From IMG/VR virus record IMGVR_UViG_3300012000_000008, positions 1 to 64,000 of that record: a stretch of DNA of 64,000 nucleotides; one strand, given 5' to 3'. The DNA comes from a virus. Below, piece after piece: positions 48,250-57,765 of this stretch. The notes beneath the pieces are model-generated. The model had not been told where the DNA came from and did no database searches. It worked only from the letters and a program-made list of their open reading frames with translations. Made by a program: the position numbers and the translations under genes. Position 1 is the stretch's first letter, and each line of letters begins with the position of its first letter.

Positions 48250-48253
48250 TGAT

Positions 48254-48657
48254 GGGCCAGTACATGGAATCGATTGAACTGTGGAATTCATGGACGCAAG
48301 CACTGGGGCATGCCAGTATAAAATAGCAAACAAAATTAAATGCCGAAGATACCTTCGACATGGCCATGAGTCTGGAACAGGCTGATGCAATTCTTGCTCA
48401 GCATGGCTTTGTAGACTCAGAAGCTGAACTCGAGTTAGTTTAACTCGATCGTCTTGTTGTAGATTGAGATTGGTAAAACAAGGCGTGTTACAAATCTCTG
48501 ACTTGGTGTGTTGTGATGGTTATCTGCCAAGCGTATAAAACTATCATATGAAATGCGTTTAGCTTGGTTGCATGCATTTTGAATTTTAACCAAGATAAGC
48601 TTGTAGAGTCAATGAATGAAATTGTTCAAGACGTGGGTTCAAATCCCACCTGGTCCA
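48254..48657 (+). ncRNA. ssrA: tmRNA
   Basis: Acceptor GGGCCAG/CTGGTCC-A with G3-U70; 5' GGAATCGA; T-arm GTGGG-TTCAAAT-CCCAC; helix-2 pairings TTGAAC/GTTCAA and GCAAGC/GCTTGT; tag ORF 48342-48443 after AATTAAAT, with the stop codon in a hairpin. Confidence 0.93.
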
Positions 48658-48707
48658 CATGAAAATATATGTGTTGATAAATGCTTGCAATGCATTATAA
48701 TAATAAT

Positions 48708-49490
48708 GTGAAAGAAGTATTTTTTATTAATGGCATGCCTCGCTCAGGCAGCACTTTGCTTTGCAACATTCTGGCTCAAAATCCAGATTTCCATGTGACA
48801 CCCACCAGTGGTCTGAGTGAAATGATCAGAGGCATTCATCAATTCTGGAAACAAAACCCAGTAATCAAAGCTTCTGAAACACCAGAAAAACAATTGCAAA
48901 TCATCAAAGATCTTTTTCAAAGCTATCACTCTGACACAGAACGCCCTGTGGTGTTCAACAAGAGCAGAGGATGGTCATCTATGATTGAACTGGTGGAAAA
49001 TGCTTTGGATCGTCCCATTAAAATTTTAACCACCACCAGAAGAATCACATGCATTCTATCATCTTTGGAAAAATTGTACCGCAAAGAAATAAAGCTTGTT
49101 AATAGTCCCATGGAAATTGGTCCCATGATGGCTACCCTGGAAGGCAGAATTACCATGTGGACCAATCAAGATGGACTGGTGGGAGGCACATTCAATACCA
49201 TCAGAGATGCATGCATGAGGGGCCACCGAGACAAGTTTCATTTTGTAGATTTTGAAGAACTCACATCCACACCCAAGAGAGTCATGCAATCTGTGTACAA
49301 GTTTCTGGACAGAGACTATTATGACCATGACTTCAATAACATTGCTCAATACACCAAAGAGAATGATGCAGAGCATGGATTCACAGATTTGCATACTATT
49401 CGGCCTGAAATCAAGCCGGTCAAAGATGATAGCAAAGAAATATTGGGTCATTTGCATGAAAATTTTAAAAATTTTCACTTTAATTTTTAA
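48708..49490 (+). CDS. Sulfotransferase family protein
   Basis: PAPS-binding GMPRSGSTLL, 'NKSRGW' and 'FEELTSTP'. GTG start fits TTGATA-N16-TATAAT-N6-GTG. Confidence 0.88.
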   Translation: MKEVFFINGMPRSGSTLLCNILAQNPDFHVTPTSGLSEMIRGIHQFWKQNPVIKASETPEKQLQIIKDLFQSYHSDTERPVVFNKSRGWSSMIELVENALDRPIKILTTTRRITCILSSLEKLYRKEIKLVNSPMEIGPMMATLEGRITMWTNQDGLVGGTFNTIRDACMRGHRDKFHFVDFEELTSTPKRVMQSVYKFLDRDYYDHDFNNIAQYTKENDAEHGFTDLHTIRPEIKPVKDDSKEILGHLHENFKNFHFNF

Positions 49491-49510
49491 AATAAAACAT
49501 AAATAACTAT

Positions 49511-49801
49511 ATGAGCGAAAGAACTAAAGTAGATGTACTATTTGACAGTGTTTACACTATCAACCAAGTATTGGGCAATGAAAACAAAGGTGATGGTCAA
49601 AGAGGCGCACTCAAGGCCAATGTTGACTACATCAAGCATTGCTTGAAAAAAGAGGAATACACTCAGGTGCTAACAACTGAACAGACACAAGCTCTTAACA
49701 AAGCTGTTGCAGATGCAGAAGCTAAGATTGCTACTCTGCCTGTGCCAGAAGATGAAGCTAAGCGCGCTGAAAAACAAGCTCAGTTCAAGCCCAAAGCCTG
49801 A
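49511..49801 (+). CDS. Hypothetical protein
   Basis: 96-aa helical ORF; TAAATA-N5-ATG. Confidence 0.6.
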   Translation: MSERTKVDVLFDSVYTINQVLGNENKGDGQRGALKANVDYIKHCLKKEEYTQVLTTEQTQALNKAVADAEAKIATLPVPEDEAKRAEKQAQFKPKA

Positions 49802-49813
49802 GTATAACACTGC

Positions 49814-50710
49814 ATGTATAGTATCCTGCACGTAGAAGGCGGCGCTGGAAAAAATATTGTGGCCACCAATGTGGTCAGGAACATCAAAAAAACACATCCA
49901 GACAGAAAGCTGGTGGTTGTAGCACCATATCCTGAGGTGTTTTTGCACAATCCTCATGTGCATCGTGTATATAAGACTGGTGTGTGTCCTTATTTTTACG
50001 AAGATTACATTCAAAACAAAGATACTCTGGTGTTTAAGCATGAACCATACAACAGCAATGATGTTATTACTAGAAAATGCAGCTTAGCACAAGCATGGTG
50101 TCAAAGCTTAGGGTTGGAATTGGATAGAAATGCACCTGAATTATTTTTTAATAACATTGAAAGACAAAACAGCAATGTCTTATTGAATCAAATCAACACA
50201 GACAAACCCATTATTGCACTGCAGATCAATGGAGGCATGGGCAACAAACAGAACCAAATTAATTTTAATTGGTTCAGAGATTTGCCTCCTTTCTATGCAC
50301 AAGCTTTGATCAATCAATATGCAGATCGTTTCACTTTTGTGCAAATCAAGAATTCTCACCAAGTAGCTTTGCAAGGTGCATTGCAAGTGGATTTGTCTTT
50401 GAGAGAAATATTCTTAATTTTAGCTCAATGCAAGGGTGCTATTGGCATTGATTCAGTGGTGCAGCATGCCATGGCTGCTTTTGGTAAATCGAGCTTGGTT
50501 TTTTGGATCGGCAACAACCCCACAGTTTTTGGTTACGATATGCACACCAACATGGTTGCCAATGTGCCTGCTGCTGATAATCTGGAAAGTTATCTGGACC
50601 CTTACCCTCTTAATACTCATGGGCATCAGTGCCCTGCTGGCTACCGCATGGTGGATTTGTTTGATGCCAAGGAAATTATTAGTAATTTTGAAAAATTATT
50701 TTTGGCTTAA
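49814..50710 (+). CDS. GT9 (heptosyltransferase-like, GT-B) glycosyltransferase
   Basis: 'GGAGK', 'YPEVFLHNPHV' and 'IGIDSVVQHAMAAFG'. Confidence 0.72.
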   Translation: MYSILHVEGGAGKNIVATNVVRNIKKTHPDRKLVVVAPYPEVFLHNPHVHRVYKTGVCPYFYEDYIQNKDTLVFKHEPYNSNDVITRKCSLAQAWCQSLGLELDRNAPELFFNNIERQNSNVLLNQINTDKPIIALQINGGMGNKQNQINFNWFRDLPPFYAQALINQYADRFTFVQIKNSHQVALQGALQVDLSLREIFLILAQCKGAIGIDSVVQHAMAAFGKSSLVFWIGNNPTVFGYDMHTNMVANVPAADNLESYLDPYPLNTHGHQCPAGYRMVDLFDAKEIISNFEKLFLA

Positions 50711-53700
50711 ACGCTGTTGAATTGTATTTTTCGCAAAGTGCCATTCAAATTGATTACTAGCCAGCCAGCTGCTGCACCTGCTGTAGCTGTGGTGCTCAAT
50801 GGCCATGTGGTGCTGCCCATGGCCCATTGATTGCTGGCAGTTGCAGTAGCAAATGCACCCATGGCAATGACACCAGACAAACTGCCAGTAGACACATTGG
50901 CTTGATTGCCAATGATAACATTATTAGACCCTATGGTGTTGGTGCACCCTGCGCTCAATCCCAAGAAATTGTTACCATTGCCTGAAGTATTGCAGAGACC
51001 AGCTACTCGACCCAAGAAATTGTTATCATTGCCTGTGGTGTTGCAACGGCCAGCTGCATATCCAAAGAAATTGTTGTTATTGCCTGTGGTGTTACAAAAG
51101 CCAGCACTTCTTCCCATGAAATTGTTGCAACTGCCTGCATTGTTATTGTAGCCAGCACGTCTTCCTAGAAAATTGTTGTCATTGCCTGTGCAGCTGTTAC
51201 GACCAGCTCTGTATCCAAAGAAATTGTTGTAAGCACCTGTGGTGTTGCTAAAGCCAGCACTTGGTCCCAAGAAATTGTTGTTACCGCCTGTGCAGTTGTT
51301 ACGGCCAGCCGCATATCCAAAGAAATTGTTGTTATTGCCTGTGGTGTTACAAAAGCCAGCATATCTTCCCATGAAGATATTGGCACCGCCTGTGCAGTTG
51401 TTACGGCCAGCACGGTATCCAACAAAGATATTGTTGTTACCACTTGTGTTACAAAACCCTGCACGGTATCCTAAGAAATTGTTGCTGCTACCAGTGCAGT
51501 TATTATAGCCAGCACCATCACCAAAGAAATTGTTATTTCTGCCTGTGGTATTGCTACATCCAGCATTTCTTCCCAAGAAATTGTTGTAACGGCCTGTGGT
51601 GTTGGAACGGCCAGCATATCTGCCTAAGAAATTGTTGTAACTGCCTGTGCAGTTGCAGTAGCCAGCATCATATCCAAAGAAATTGTTGTGGTTGCCTGTG
51701 CAGTTGCAATAACCAGCAAATCTTCCCAAGAAATTGTTGTGGTTGCCTGTGGTATTGCCAAAGCCAGCATTGTTTCCAAAGAAATTGTTGTGGCTGCCTG
51801 TGGTGTTGTTACGGCCAGCAACGAATCCCAAGAAATTGTTCGAGTTACCTATGGTGTTGCTATAGCCAGCAATTCTTCCCAAGAAATTGTTGCCACTGCC
51901 TGAGGTTAATGCATTACCAGCACTCAATCCAAATACAAAATTATGACTGCCCGTAGCATTATTGTTACCTGTGGTACTATCACCAATGAATACGTTAGGA
52001 CCTGGGTTAGTACCTTTTAATGTTCTTATAGATATATCTGCAGAAGATAATACTATTTGATTGGTTTGGGTGGCTATGGCTCTTGTACCAAGAACTATGA
52101 CCCCTGACAGACTGCCAGTACTAACGTTAGCACCATTGCCAATGATAACATTATTAGACCCTATAGTGTTGGTGCTCCCTGCATTTAATCCCAAGAAATT
52201 GTTGTCATTGCCTGTGCAGTTGCAATAGCCAGCACGGTATCCCAAGAAATTGTTGCTATTGCCTGTGGAGTTGCAGTAGCCAGCACGGTATCCCAAGAAA
52301 TTGTTGTAACGGCCTGTGGTATTATATTTACCAGCACTTTGTCCTATGAAATTGTTGTGACTGCCTGTGGTGTTGCTACGGCCAGCATTACCTCCAAAGA
52401 AATTGTTGCTACCGCCTGTGGTGTTGGAAAAGCCAGCATATCTGCCCAAGAAATTATTGTAACTGCCTGTGGTGTTGCAGTAGCCAGCATATCTGCCCAA
52501 GAAATTATTGTAACTGCCTGTGGTGTTGCAGTAGCCAGCACGACTTCCCAAGAAACTATTAAAGTTGCCTGTGGTGTTGTAAAAGCCAGCATGGAATCCA
52601 AAGAAATTGTTGTTACTGCCTGTGGTGTTAAATGCACCTGCTGCTATTCCCAAGAAATTGTTGTAATTGCCTGTGGTGTTAGATGCACCTGCTGCAGGCC
52701 CCAAGAAGTTATTGCCACTGCCACTGTAATTGGAAAAACCAGCATTGCACCCCAAAAAGTTATTAAAAGAACCAACATTATTTGCCCGGCCAGCATTTTC
52801 ACCCAAGAAATTGTTAAAACCACCAGAACTAAGCCCATTGCCCGCACTCAATCCAACTGCAAAATTGCCAGTTTGACTTGCATTACCATTGCCTGCAGCA
52901 GTACCAATGAAAACGTTTTGCAATGCATCACTTGCAAACCTGGTGGTTAGCAAATACAAATCAGTGGCACTCAAGCTGGTGGTGCTCAAACCGCTGGCCA
53001 ATGTTAAATTGCCACCAATGTACACATCACCTGCAGAATTTACAGAAAAGGCAGTGGCGCTGAATGGATTGCCTATGGTAGTATTATTGAACAGATAAAT
53101 GCCACCAGAAGCAAATGCATTTATGGAGTTATTAGCAAAAGAAGAACTGTTCAATGCATTTGTATTGGCAGATATGACTGTAGACCCCGGATGCACTGCA
53201 TTGGCTTGCTTGCCAATGGCTGTACTATTGAATGCTGTAGCATTGGAATCAATGCCTTGTGCATAAGCATAATTTCCAGATGCAACAGAATTATAACCTT
53301 GTGCATGAGATCCTGTGCCAGATGCCAATGTGAACACTCCCTCTGAATGAGAACCTACACCTGTTGCAGAAGTATTGAACCCTTGCGCTACTGTATTAAA
53401 ATTAGTAGCTGTATTGTCAAAAAACTCAACTTGAAGGTTGTTTTTTATTTTGAGTGACACATCATTGTCATCATAAAATACTGCCACAGGCTGTGCTCCT
53501 GTTTGTTTGACTGTGAGTGCAGGGCCTGTTCCAGTGTTAACCACACTCAATGCACTGGTGACTGAAACAATGGTATCAATGTAAGAGAAATCACCCAAAG
53601 CTGTCAAGCTGCCAGCAATCAAAGCATTGCCTCCTACAAACAAATTGTTAGAAGCAGAAAGACTGCCAGCCAGGTGAAAATCACCCAAAAATGGTTCACT

Positions 53701-53805
53701 TGCTGAAGCTATGGGATCAGATGCAGAATCTGGATAGCCTGCTGAAGCATTGGTATGGTGACCTCTTCTGTGTAGTTTGTTATGAAAGCGAGCATTTCCT
53801 GCCAT
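50707..53805 (-). CDS. Beta-helical repeat fibre/adhesin-like virion protein
   Basis: Hep/Hag-like segment followed by two arrays of 14-aa repeats 'NNFLGxxAGxxNTTG'. Confidence 0.72.
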   Translation of the reverse strand: MAGNARFHNKLHRRGHHTNASAGYPDSASDPIASASEPFLGDFHLAGSLSASNNLFVGGNALIAGSLTALGDFSYIDTIVSVTSALSVVNTGTGPALTVKQTGAQPVAVFYDDNDVSLKIKNNLQVEFFDNTATNFNTVAQGFNTSATGVGSHSEGVFTLASGTGSHAQGYNSVASGNYAYAQGIDSNATAFNSTAIGKQANAVHPGSTVISANTNALNSSSFANNSINAFASGGIYLFNNTTIGNPFSATAFSVNSAGDVYIGGNLTLASGLSTTSLSATDLYLLTTRFASDALQNVFIGTAAGNGNASQTGNFAVGLSAGNGLSSGGFNNFLGENAGRANNVGSFNNFLGCNAGFSNYSGSGNNFLGPAAGASNTTGNYNNFLGIAAGAFNTTGSNNNFFGFHAGFYNTTGNFNSFLGSRAGYCNTTGSYNNFLGRYAGYCNTTGSYNNFLGRYAGFSNTTGGSNNFFGGNAGRSNTTGSHNNFIGQSAGKYNTTGRYNNFLGYRAGYCNSTGNSNNFLGYRAGYCNCTGNDNNFLGLNAGSTNTIGSNNVIIGNGANVSTGSLSGVIVLGTRAIATQTNQIVLSSADISIRTLKGTNPGPNVFIGDSTTGNNNATGSHNFVFGLSAGNALTSGSGNNFLGRIAGYSNTIGNSNNFLGFVAGRNNTTGSHNNFFGNNAGFGNTTGNHNNFLGRFAGYCNCTGNHNNFFGYDAGYCNCTGSYNNFLGRYAGRSNTTGRYNNFLGRNAGCSNTTGRNNNFFGDGAGYNNCTGSSNNFLGYRAGFCNTSGNNNIFVGYRAGRNNCTGGANIFMGRYAGFCNTTGNNNNFFGYAAGRNNCTGGNNNFLGPSAGFSNTTGAYNNFFGYRAGRNSCTGNDNNFLGRRAGYNNNAGSCNNFMGRSAGFCNTTGNNNNFFGYAAGRCNTTGNDNNFLGRVAGLCNTSGNGNNFLGLSAGCTNTIGSNNVIIGNQANVSTGSLSGVIAMGAFATATASNQWAMGSTTWPLSTTATAGAAAGWLVINLNGTLRKIQFNSV
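50900..52870 (-). repeat. Coding tandem repeats (42-bp unit, two arrays)
   Basis: Recurrent 'ccaagaaattgttg...gcctgtggtgttg...gccagc' every 42 bp. Confidence 0.9.
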
Positions 53806-53821
53806 ATAATATTATTTATTA

Positions 53822-54922
53822 TCAATACCCAGAATAAGTTTTTTTGTAAATAAATTTTTTATCATCATCTGCAGATTTTGACAGCTGCACACTTGTTTTT
53901 AGCTCTTTTTCATATCTAATCACATACACAATTACAATATCACCAATTTCCATGAGAACTGCCAATAACAAACATACCCATGCAGTTATCTCCCAATTTA
54001 ACAGAGCTGAAAATGATAGTTTTATTATGTTATCAGAACCAACTATTTGAACTGCATTGTATTGTACATTCAATTTGGAAGCTATGGTAGATAGAGCTGC
54101 ATTCACATCTACAACAGCATCTTCTAATTCCTTGAAGGTACTAGCAGCATTTACTTGTTTCTTTATTTTTATTAATTTTTCTTCTAACAAAACATTGGCT
54201 TGTTTCAGTTGATTAATAGCATCTTTGGTTTGATTTTGTACAAGCAGTGTTTCTCTTGATATTTTCTCTGCAGCAGCTTTGTTTTCAATTTCTGCTTGAC
54301 TCTGCAATTTTCTCACTTCTGCTTGTAATTCTTTGGTTCTGGGGCCCTCTCCTACTTTTCCTGTTGAATAATCTGCTTTTACCCCTGTTTTTTCATCAAT
54401 AACTTTTTGATTGGCATCATTAATTTCTATGTTCAATTGGGTTTTTTTCTGAGAATGGTGTTCTTCTATTTCTGCAATTTTGTTTCTCTCTTGATCTTTA
54501 ATTTTTATTTCTTCTTCTGCAGCATTTTTTTTGCTCTGAATTTCAAAAGAGTTAATTTGCTCACTAATAGTTAATTTGCTCAGTTTGACGCTGTCTTGCA
54601 AGCCAGTTTCTGCATAAAAACCAGAGAAGTCAAATATGGTGGGCAAGAGACTCAAGAATGCACACAACAATGCAGCTTTCTTGGGAAATTTTTCACGTCC
54701 AAACAAAATAATTTTAACACAATAAGGCAAACCTACCACTCCTAATGCAGCCAATGCTACCAGAAACCAATTCCATGAAACCAATATAAAATTCAATGCA
54801 TGAAAAGCAAAACAGTATGCAACACCAATTATGATCCAATAAACTATGTCTATGGCTTGTGCAGATACTTTATGTGAAGTATCAAATCCAAAAATGGTAG
54901 GATAGCTAGTCTTAAGCTGCAC
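53822..54922 (-). CDS. Membrane protein with long coiled coil (DUF4407-like)
   Basis: Three N-terminal TM helices, a coiled coil containing 'GKVGEGP', and a C-terminal TM helix. Confidence 0.6.
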   Translation of the reverse strand: MQLKTSYPTIFGFDTSHKVSAQAIDIVYWIIIGVAYCFAFHALNFILVSWNWFLVALAALGVVGLPYCVKIILFGREKFPKKAALLCAFLSLLPTIFDFSGFYAETGLQDSVKLSKLTISEQINSFEIQSKKNAAEEEIKIKDQERNKIAEIEEHHSQKKTQLNIEINDANQKVIDEKTGVKADYSTGKVGEGPRTKELQAEVRKLQSQAEIENKAAAEKISRETLLVQNQTKDAINQLKQANVLLEEKLIKIKKQVNAASTFKELEDAVVDVNAALSTIASKLNVQYNAVQIVGSDNIIKLSFSALLNWEITAWVCLLLAVLMEIGDIVIVYVIRYEKELKTSVQLSKSADDDKKFIYKKTYSGY

Positions 54923-54930
54923 CCTATTAT

Positions 54931-55098
54931 TTACTTTTTCTTTTTTTTGGATTTGGCCTTTTTTTTAGGCTTTTTAGCTACAGGATCAATGGTCAAATCA
55001 GTGAAATCATGAATTTTGTATTTTCTAGCAAAAATCCAATCTTCTATTTGGAACTTTGTATTGTAATATAAATCAATTATTCTGTCTAGTAAGTTCAT
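54931..55098 (-). CDS. Small protein with Lys-rich tail (55 aa, not in ORF track)
   Basis: [12 protein letters not shown]...[14 protein letters not shown]; TAAATA-N5-ATG. Confidence 0.5.
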   Translation of the reverse strand: MNLLDRIIDLYYNTKFQIEDWIFARKYKIHDFTDLTIDPVAKKPKKKAKSKKKKK

Positions 55099-55128
55099 GT
55101 AATTATTTATTCTCTATTAAATAATTTC

Positions 55129-55581
55129 ATGGGATTTGCTGTAAAACTAGGTACTCAATTGAAGATAAACAAGGGTATTCCATTGGAAGCTAAAGTTTCT
55201 GATGATTATTTTATACAGCCTACACCTACACCAACGCCTACACCTACACCAACTGCAACACCTACACCAACTGCAACACCAACACCTACACCAACGCCTA
55301 CGCCTACACCTACACCTACACCAACTGCAACGCCTACACCTACACCAACGCCTACACCAACGCCTACACCAACTGCAACACCTACACCTACACCTACACC
55401 AACTGCAACGCCTACACCAACTGCAACACCAACACCAACTGCAACCCCTACACCTACACCTACACCAACACCAACTGCAACTCCTACACCAACACCAACT
55501 GCAACTCCTACACCAACACCAACTGCAACTCCTACACCTACACCCGGATCCTTGGGAGGTGTAGGTGGAGGAGGCATTTAA
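55129..55581 (+). CDS. Pro-Thr repeat (mucin-like) protein
   Basis: About 110 aa of PT/AT repeats after a 30-aa head; TAAATA-N5-ATG. Confidence 0.65.
   Translation: MGFAVKLGTQLKINKGIPLEAKVSDDYFIQPTPTPTPTPTPTATPTPTATPTPTPTPTPTPTPTPTATPTPTPTPTPTPTPTATPTPTPTPTATPTPTATPTPTATPTPTPTPTPTATPTPTPTATPTPTPTATPTPTPGSLGGVGGGGI
55219..55545 (+). repeat. Low-complexity hexamer repeat (CCT/CCA-ACA) encoding (PT)n
   Basis: Direct inspection; variation is mostly at third codon positions of the PT frame. Confidence 0.92.
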
Positions 55582-55582
55582 A

Positions 55583-56440
55583 ATGAACATTTATTTTAGC
55601 TTCTGGCAGAGTGGTTGGAGAAAGAGCAATCTAAACATGGACATGTGGAGATTGAGTTTTGAATTGGTTAAGAAGCATTATGGTAATAAAAAACTGTATC
55701 TTATTACTGACACGCAAAGCATGCATCTTTTTAAAAATTATGATTTTACCGAAATTTTACCCATTTTAGATGGCATACCCGATTTTCAAAAAGTATGGTG
55801 CTTGGGCAAAATTTTTGCATACAAACATGCAGTTAGCATGGGCCCATTCTTGCATTTGGATGCTGATGTATTCTTATGGGAGCCATTGCCTGAATCTTTG
55901 CTGCAATCTGAAGTTTTTTGTCAATCACCTGACAAGCCCAGATTATTTGAAAAAGGATTAAAATTTTCACCTTATGATATTGATCATGTTAAAAAAGAAT
56001 ATGGCAAAGTGCCCCAAGACTGGCAAACATTGCTGGATACTAACTATGATATCCAAGCTTATAATGTGGGCATATTTGGTGGAACAAATTTAAAATTCAT
56101 TTCAGAATATTGTGACTATGTGTTAGAAATGGTAAATGATTCACAGTTTTATGATTTGTGGAGAGGCATAAACAAAGGTTACAGTGTTCATGCATGTTTG
56201 CCTTGCATGTTGGAACAAATGAATTTAACTTTGTTTGCAGAGAAGAAAAACATAAAGATTAACTGTCTCCTGGATGATTTTTATGATTTAAAAAATAAAT
56301 CTTATCTCAAATACAGTCATTTAATGTTGCTCAAAGACAAACATTACATTATGCAAAGGGTATCCGAAAGAGTAAGAAAAAATCCTATTGATTTAGAAGT
56401 AAAAAAAGTTTCTATTGATGAATGGAATATACATGTCTGA
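55583..56440 (+). CDS. Glycosyltransferase-like protein (DUF6734-like, DxD)
   Basis: 'LYLITD', 'WCLGKIFAY', '[12 protein letters not shown]', 'YNVGIFGG', 'EQ' and 'YSHL'. Confidence 0.62.
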   Translation: MNIYFSFWQSGWRKSNLNMDMWRLSFELVKKHYGNKKLYLITDTQSMHLFKNYDFTEILPILDGIPDFQKVWCLGKIFAYKHAVSMGPFLHLDADVFLWEPLPESLLQSEVFCQSPDKPRLFEKGLKFSPYDIDHVKKEYGKVPQDWQTLLDTNYDIQAYNVGIFGGTNLKFISEYCDYVLEMVNDSQFYDLWRGINKGYSVHACLPCMLEQMNLTLFAEKKNIKINCLLDDFYDLKNKSYLKYSHLMLLKDKHYIMQRVSERVRKNPIDLEVKKVSIDEWNIHV

Positions 56441-56594
56441 AAATTGCAAATTTTGGATAGACAGGCAGAAAACACAATGTGGAAAACCTGCTACCCAGGT
56501 GTTTTCAATACCTGGCATGCAACCACAAGAAGTTTGTGAAGAACACTACCAAGCTTGGATGCATCATTTTGGTTTAAATACAGAAAAAAAATAA
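56433..56594 (+). CDS. Small C-C-C-H zinc-finger-like protein (53 aa, not in ORF track)
   Basis: C..QCGKPA...VCEEH. Confidence 0.5.
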   Translation: MSENCKFWIDRQKTQCGKPATQVFSIPGMQPQEVCEEHYQAWMHHFGLNTEKK

Positions 56595-56602
56595 ATAATT
56601 TT

Positions 56603-56785
56603 ATGCACAAATGTGAATTCATAGTGGATGTTGATGCAAGAACACCTTGTAATGAGCAGGCTTCAGATCAAGATTTTATTTATGAGAATAATGTGAAAAG
56701 ATTTTATTGTCAAAAACACCTCAAAAAGACGCTGTCCATGTTAGGTTACGACAGAACATCCAGTTTGTACGATACAGAAGAATGA
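56603..56785 (+). CDS. Small C-C-C-H zinc-finger-like protein
   Basis: C...PCNEQA...YCQKH; TAAATA-N5-ATG. Confidence 0.55.
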   Translation: MHKCEFIVDVDARTPCNEQASDQDFIYENNVKRFYCQKHLKKTLSMLGYDRTSSLYDTEE

Positions 56786-56787
56786 TA

Positions 56788-57321
56788 TTATTTTAATTGT
56801 TTGTTTGCGCACAAGCAATGTTCATGATAAGGGCAAGGCCTGCAGCGCCCTTGTTTATTAAATTCATTGTCATAATAAATGTCTGGCCGTATACACGTGC
56901 CACCATGGGGAACTTGGCATTTGCCAGGGCCACCTGTCATTTCTTCAATCCATGTTTTGGAACATGTCTTCATGGTTTCTTGCCTCTCATACCAATCTCT
57001 TTCATTCTTTTCAGTTTGTTCTCTGAGCTGCTTCATTTCTTCTGCAGTCATTCTGGACTTGCCTCTGGCTTTCTTGAGCAGTTTTAACCGGGCCAAAGCA
57101 TGCAAATTAATGGCAAAAGGCTTCTTGCCTGCAGGCAACAGTTTCATTTGTACTTGATCTGGTGGAATGCGTTGACGCAAAAGCCGTTTAGCCTCTGTGC
57201 ATACAAAATGCTCCTCAAACTGTTCCAAGTTACCAAATCTCAGTGATTGCTTGTTTATGGTCATGCCAGAAACACGTTTCTCAATGCCAGTTACTATGCA
57301 ACTCATGACTTTTGAACTCAT
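56788..57321 (-). CDS. Cys-rich hypothetical protein
   Basis: 'CIVTG...VCTEA' and 'CIRPD...CRPCPYHEHCLC'. Confidence 0.6.
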   Translation of the reverse strand: MSSKVMSCIVTGIEKRVSGMTINKQSLRFGNLEQFEEHFVCTEAKRLLRQRIPPDQVQMKLLPAGKKPFAINLHALARLKLLKKARGKSRMTAEEMKQLREQTEKNERDWYERQETMKTCSKTWIEEMTGGPGKCQVPHGGTCIRPDIYYDNEFNKQGRCRPCPYHEHCLCANKQLK

Positions 57322-57384
57322 GTTTTTATTATACAGGAAAAAAAATAGCTTTCCATTGTTTTTATTTTATCATATAATATTAAC

Positions 57385-57702
57385 ATGCAGGAACTAGAAG
57401 AAATTCTGTGTGAATTGTACCATGCTTCAGAAGAAGCTGGCAAAGAAATTTATGTGGATACAGATGTGTATGAAGAAGAAGGTTTTTATATTGTTATCAG
57501 TCATAAAGGACACATTGGTGCATTTGGCATAATTACAGAAGAAAATGGGCATGAGCACAACATATTTCTGTTACTGGATGACAAGCGCATCAAATACTTG
57601 CATGATGAAGGGTTTCATTTGAATGATTTCTACCAGGCCATGGGTGAAAAACTGTTCATTAAATTGACAAAAGAAGCATTTATTGCTGAAATGACCAAAT
57701 AA
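57385..57702 (+). CDS. Acidic hypothetical protein
   Basis: 105-aa ORF; TATAAT-N6-ATG. Confidence 0.6.
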   Translation: MQELEEILCELYHASEEAGKEIYVDTDVYEEEGFYIVISHKGHIGAFGIITEENGHEHNIFLLLDDKRIKYLHDEGFHLNDFYQAMGEKLFIKLTKEAFIAEMTK

Positions 57703-57765
57703 ACCAGTAGATCTTGGTTTTTTATATGTTATAATTTATTAATCATGAGAGGAGGTAAGAAACAA

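Noticed and set aside
50900-52870. CRISPR-like regular repeats
   Set aside because: The units are 42-bp in-frame coding repeats without unique spacers, and there is no cas operon. The PD-(D/E)XK nuclease at 41596 is a common stand-alone phage enzyme.
50906-55590. Cys-rich, Val/Gly-rich and His/Leu-rich ORFs in alternate frames of the repeat regions
   Set aside because: They are by-products of stop-poor repeats; synonymous variation and upstream motifs support only the main frames.
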